Shown here: piece by piece, positions 60,538 through 64,000 of the stretch | Position numbering within the stretch: position 1 is the first letter of the stretch | Layout of the letters: the number at the start of each line of letters is the position of its first letter | Assembly (NCBI GenBank): GCA_016718405.1 | Contig: JADKDJ010000035.1 | Span: 39,972 to 103,971, forward strand | Source of the DNA: Candidatus Rhodoferax odensensis | GTDB lineage: Bacteria > Pseudomonadota > Gammaproteobacteria > Burkholderiales > Burkholderiaceae_C | Direction: 5' to 3' | DNA: 64,000 bases | Notes under the pieces: generated by a model | What the model was told of the DNA's origin: nothing | The model's database searches: none | What the model saw: only the letters and a program-made list of their open reading frames with translations | Position numbers and translations under genes: made by a program

Positions 60538-61628
60538 GGCCGCACCAGGGGTACTGTCACTTCAAAATGTGGGCCATCGGCGCGAACCTGCAAGGCGCGG
60601 CCCGTCACCAAGCGGCAGCGCTCGTCCAGGTTGGCCAGGCCCAGGCCGCTGCTGGGCAGGCTGCTCAGTCGCGGCCGGCGCACATTGCGCACAGTGATGG
60701 CGTCACCCGTCCACTGCAGGCTGACCACCAGCGGCGTTTCAGCCCCAAGCTGGTTGTGTTTGACGGCGTTCTCGATCAGCGTTTGCAGCGCCAGCGGCAC
60801 CACGCGCAGCTCGCCCGTCAGGGCTGCATCGTCCAGCTCGGGGCTCACTTCCAACTGCATCGCTTCACCAAAGCGCAGGGCCAGCAGCCGGTGGTAACGG
60901 CGCACAAAGGCCAGCTCGTCAGCCAAGGCAACCAGGTCTTGCTCGCGGCTGGCCAACACGTAGCGATAGACCTCGGCCAAGGCATCACAAAACTCGCGCC
61001 CACGCTGCGCATCGCTGCTGATCAAGTGGCCCAGGGTGTTGAGGCTGTTGAACAAAAAGTGCGGGTCTATCTGCGCCTTGAGCGCGCCCAGCTCAGACTG
61101 CACGCGTGCGCGCTCCAGCCGCTCCACCCGCATCAGATCGGACTCGCGTTCGCGGATCAAAAACATGGTCTCGTAAGCGTGGGTGACAAATAACACGCAG
61201 ATCACGTTGGCCAGCACCACCACTTGCAGGGCGGCACGGTCCACCGGCAGGCCAGCCCAGGCAAACCAGGCCAGCAAACCCAGCGCCGTGACGGGCGCCG
61301 TGTACAGCACATTGACTGTGACCAGCATCAGCAACTTGCGCAGCGGGTGGCTGAACCAATCGAAGTGCTGGCGCTGTTTGAGCAACAACCAGCGGTTGCC
61401 ACCCCAGATGGCCGCCGCCAGCGCCACAAAACCCACTTGCCCCACCCAGAACGTGCCTTGCGCCGGTGTGTAAGGGCCGTAGAGACCCGTTATCAGGGGA
61501 ATGGCCAGCCCAAAGCCGAGTGAGCCCAGGCCCATCAACCAACGGTCGTCAAAGCGCACCAGGCCGCCCGGTGCCAGCTCAGCGCGGGGGGCGGTCAACT
61601 TCAACCCAGCAGTGTCGGCGTTGGGCAT
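60534..61628 (-). CDS. LytS/YehU-type sensor histidine kinase
   Basis: ORF 60534..61733. The start is set at ATG 61628. It has an N-terminal TM region, the His_kinase motif QIDPHFLFNSLNTL, and an HATPase_c domain. Confidence 0.88.
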   Translation of the reverse strand: MPNADTAGLKLTAPRAELAPGGLVRFDDRWLMGLGSLGFGLAIPLITGLYGPYTPAQGTFWVGQVGFVALAAAIWGGNRWLLLKQRQHFDWFSHPLRKLLMLVTVNVLYTAPVTALGLLAWFAWAGLPVDRAALQVVVLANVICVLFVTHAYETMFLIRERESDLMRVERLERARVQSELGALKAQIDPHFLFNSLNTLGHLISSDAQRGREFCDALAEVYRYVLASREQDLVALADELAFVRRYHRLLALRFGEAMQLEVSPELDDAALTGELRVVPLALQTLIENAVKHNQLGAETPLVVSLQWTGDAITVRNVRRPRLSSLPSSGLGLANLDERCRLVTGRALQVRADGPHFEVTVPLVRP

Positions 61629-61731
61629 GCAAATGTCCGGCTTCGGTGGGTGGGCGCTTGCGCCGCGCGGGTGGCCGGCGGCACTATTGCCAACACCAAG
61701 CCAGCCCATCAACCCACCACAGGACTCCACC

Positions 61732-62136
61732 ATGGAACCCCTTCATTTTCATTATCCCGCCGTTCTTGCCGCAGCCCTGATCAGCTTTGTGATCGGCGGG
61801 CTGTGGTACTCGCCCATCCTGTTCTCCCAAGCCTGGATGAAGGCCTGCGGCATCACCGAGGCGCAAGCCAAGGCCATGAATGTGGCCAAGGTGTTTGGGC
61901 TGGCGCTGCTGGCCAACCTGGTGATGGCCTTCAACCTGGCGGCCTTTCTGGGCGCCAAGGCCACGCTGCAGTTTGGCCTGTTCGCCGGGCTGGCCACCGG
62001 CCTGGGATGGGTGGCCATGTCGCTGGGCGTGATCTACCTGTTTGAGCAGCGCCCTTTCAAGCTGTGGCTGATCAACAGCGGCTACCAGGTGGTGACGTAC
62101 ACGGTGATGGGGGGGATTTTGGGGGGTTGGAAGTGA
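61732..62136 (+). CDS. DUF1761 family membrane protein
   Basis: ATG 61732 lies within ORF 61501..62136. The sequence AVLAAALISFVIGGLWYSPILFSQAWMKACG matches DUF1761. Confidence 0.8.
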   Translation: MEPLHFHYPAVLAAALISFVIGGLWYSPILFSQAWMKACGITEAQAKAMNVAKVFGLALLANLVMAFNLAAFLGAKATLQFGLFAGLATGLGWVAMSLGVIYLFEQRPFKLWLINSGYQVVTYTVMGGILGGWK

Positions 62137-62146
62137 AGTGGAGATG

Positions 62147-62165
62147 CATAATGCGCAGTATTATG
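62147..62165. promoter_or_regulatory. inverted repeat CATAAT-N7-ATTATG, candidate Phd operator
   Basis: It lies in an AT-rich patch about 30 nt upstream of the antitoxin ATG (62194). Confidence 0.4.
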
Positions 62166-62193
62166 TACACTTCTCATCCAACTGGAGGCCATC

Positions 62194-62391
62194 ATGGCGT
62201 TCACTGCAAGCGATGTGGTTCCCCTCACTCTGGCGCGGGCAACCTTGTCCGAATTGGTTGAGCAGGTCAAGGCCGGTGCCGAAAAAATCATCACCAAGAA
62301 TGGCGAGAGCTATGTCGCCATCATCGACTCTCAACGGCTTGATTACTACCATCAGTTGGAGCGGGAACGCATCCACCTGCTGCTAGATTGA
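62194..62391 (+). CDS. Phd/YefM-family antitoxin, apparently truncated by a frameshift (tail continues in the +1 frame to 62497)
   Basis: The ORF MAFTASDVVPLTLARATLSELVEQVKAGAEKIITKNGESYVAIIDSQRLDYYHQLERERIHLLLD stops at 62389..62391. The expected continuation IDDAGKGLDDITSGKVKDARNTLAALKRRRAAKAQA is encoded from 62387 in the next frame. Confidence 0.7.
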   Translation: MAFTASDVVPLTLARATLSELVEQVKAGAEKIITKNGESYVAIIDSQRLDYYHQLERERIHLLLD

Positions 62392-62511
62392 CGATGCTGG
62401 CAAGGGTTTGGACGACATCACTTCTGGAAAGGTGAAGGACGCACGAAACACATTGGCCGCATTGAAGCGCCGCCGCGCTGCCAAGGCCCAAGCCTGAGCA
62501 ATGTCCGCACC

Positions 62512-62898
62512 GTGGCCCGCAAGCATCTCGTCAAACTTACCGCCAACTTCGAGCGCAATCTCGAAGAGGCTGAAGCGTTCTTACTTGCGGCAGATGCGCC
62601 GCAGGCATTTGATGCGCTGCTGGACTCACTCACCGACACCGTCATTCCGAACCTTGAGCGCTTTCCCGGCATGGGCCGGCTGTTCTTTGAGCGCCCCACC
62701 CGCTCGGTTGAAGCCAGCAACGGTATCGACGGTCTAAAACGCAAGCTCAAGGCGATTTCCAAGGATGGCGAAATACGCGAATACGTGATGTCGAATTACC
62801 TGCTCTTGTACGCACGCTTCGACGCCACCATTTACCTGCTGTCGATCCGGCACCATCGGCAACTGTCGTTTGATTTTCAGTCTCTGTGGGGGCGTTAG
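62512..62898 (+). CDS. parE: RelE/ParE-family toxin
   Basis: GTG start at 62512. The C-terminus IREYVMSNYLLLYARFDATIYLLSIRHHRQLSFD is typical of ParE-like toxins. Confidence 0.82.
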   Translation: MARKHLVKLTANFERNLEEAEAFLLAADAPQAFDALLDSLTDTVIPNLERFPGMGRLFFERPTRSVEASNGIDGLKRKLKAISKDGEIREYVMSNYLLLYARFDATIYLLSIRHHRQLSFDFQSLWGR

Positions 62899-63040
62899 CA
62901 ACCGGTCGACCGGTCTGGGCGCCAACACCTGCCCGTGGCGCACGCCCCGCCGCGCCGCGTGACTCGGCCGGCGTGATGTAATCGCCCTTTTCCCGGTCAC
63001 CGATCCGGCCCCCGAGCCGCCTGCATACCAAGGAGCTGCC

Positions 63041-63925
63041 ATGAGCACACCCGTTGACACCACCAGCGCCAGCCCCTACGGCACCTTGCCGCCCACCAGC
63101 ACGCCGGCGCTGCGCAAACCCATCAGCCTGCCGCGCCTGCTGGAGATGCGCGCCCGAGGCGAGAAGATCACCATGCTGACCGCCTACGACGCCACCTTTG
63201 CCGCCGTGGCAGACGCCGCCGGCGTGGACTGCCTTCTGGTGGGCGACTCGCTGGGCATGGTGTGCCAGGGCCTGGCCAGCACGGTCGGGGTGACCCTGCA
63301 AGACATGTGTTACCACGTGCAGAGCGTGGAGCGCGGCCTGCGCCGCTCCCAGGCCACGGCGTGGTTAATTGGCGACATGCCGTATGGCTCCTACCATGAG
63401 TCCAGGGAACAGGCGCTGCGCAGCGCCACCGCGCTAATGCAGGCCGGTGCCCACATGGTCAAGCTCGAAGGCGGTGGCTGGACCACCGAGACCGTGCGCT
63501 TCCTGGTCGAGCGCGGCATACCGGTTTGTGCGCACCTGGGCCTGACGCCGCAGACCGTACACTCGTTGGGCGGCTACCGAGTGCAAGGCAAATCGGTCGA
63601 GGCGGCAGCACTGCTCAAGTCACAAGCCCTCGCGCTGCAGGATGCGGGCGCGGCCTTGTTGGTGCTGGAGATGGTGCCGGCGGCGCTGGCGGCTGAGGTG
63701 ACCCAGGCACTGAAGCACTGCGCCACCATCGGCATTGGCGCGGGCAAGGACACAGCCGGTCAAGTGCTGGTGATGCACGACATGCTGGGCGTCAACCTGG
63801 GCAAGATGCCGCGCTTTGTGCGCAACTTCATGGCCGGCGCGGCCGGCGTGCGCGAGGCGATGCATGCCTATGTGCAGGCGGTCAAGACCGGCGAGTTCCC
63901 CGACAACAGCCAACACGCCTGGTAG
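63041..63925 (+). CDS. panB: 3-methyl-2-oxobutanoate hydroxymethyltransferase
   Basis: It has [28 protein letters not shown] and IGIGAG motifs. AAGGAG precedes the ATG. Confidence 0.93.
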   Translation: MSTPVDTTSASPYGTLPPTSTPALRKPISLPRLLEMRARGEKITMLTAYDATFAAVADAAGVDCLLVGDSLGMVCQGLASTVGVTLQDMCYHVQSVERGLRRSQATAWLIGDMPYGSYHESREQALRSATALMQAGAHMVKLEGGGWTTETVRFLVERGIPVCAHLGLTPQTVHSLGGYRVQGKSVEAAALLKSQALALQDAGAALLVLEMVPAALAAEVTQALKHCATIGIGAGKDTAGQVLVMHDMLGVNLGKMPRFVRNFMAGAAGVREAMHAYVQAVKTGEFPDNSQHAW

Positions 63926-63946
63926 ACGCTTCATCCCGACTGAATC

Positions 63947-64000
63947 ATGCTGATCGCTCACACCATTGCCGAGCTGCGCCACCACCTGGCGGGCTTCAGT
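63947..64000 (+). CDS. panC: pantoate--beta-alanine ligase, first 18 codons only (runs off the window)
   Basis: It reads MLIAHTIAELRHHLAGFS, lies directly after panB, and has a typical PanC N-terminus. Confidence 0.7.
   Translation, partial: MLIAHTIAELRHHLAGFS

Noticed and set aside
1-64000. Search for rRNA, tRNA, CRISPR arrays, transposases, integrases and phage genes.
   Set aside because: I found no tRNA-like T-arm/acceptor patterns, no regularly spaced direct repeats and no recombinase-like ORFs by eye. A proper tRNAscan/Infernal run would be needed to exclude small RNAs.

Overview
High-GC bacterial chromosomal segment. The protein sequences look like a betaproteobacterium (Burkholderiales/Comamonadaceae type), but that is inference only because no search was possible. 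I support about 60 genes.

Housekeeping genes: metG, apbC/mrp, nadB, scpA, panB, the start of panC, a fused pabB-pabC, and an NAD-type formate dehydrogenase (alpha subunit plus a fused NuoE/NuoF-like subunit).

Signalling genes: HD-GYP, PAS-GGDEF, and a LytS/LytTR two-component pair.

Transport and envelope genes: MFS, LysE, MscS, a putative Na+/H+ antiporter, a short YidC paralog, and an OmpA-like lipoprotein.

The most interesting content is a tail-to-tail pair of diverged, translationally coupled modules related to complex I and group-4 hydrogenases (29719-37009 on +, 45238-38328 on -). Their large subunits lack the canonical NiFe-ligating CxxC pairs, while the NuoB-like subunits keep their Fe-S cysteines. 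That matches the Ehr-type (energy-converting hydrogenase related) class, whose function is unknown. Module 2 ends an 11.6-kb co-directional gene block. That block also holds two SpeE-like methyltransferase-fold paralogs (one frameshifted), an OmpA-like lipoprotein and an unrecognisable 264-aa protein. A conserved AT-rich (G)CAATT-repeat element occurs twice in the block, once in the promoter of a divergent ribbon-helix-helix gene.

The window is also rich in toxin-antitoxin loci, several of them decayed:
- TacAT, apparently intact.
- A YoeB/Txe-like toxin relic with two nonsense codons.
- A VapB(DUF2191-type)/VapC pair whose antitoxin looks internally frame-scrambled.
- An AbrB-type VapBC pair, apparently intact.
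- A Phd/ParE pair whose antitoxin is truncated by a frameshift.

It also contains a roughly 2.8-kb degraded lipid-modification locus (CrtC/AttH-like, ICMT-like, PAP2-like, Lgt-like). Two families of intergenic palindromic repeats are present. I found no rRNA, tRNA, CRISPR array, transposase or integrase.

All family names come from motif recognition by eye. Start codons are best guesses. Many long ORFs in the track are off-frame or antisense shadows typical of high-GC DNA.
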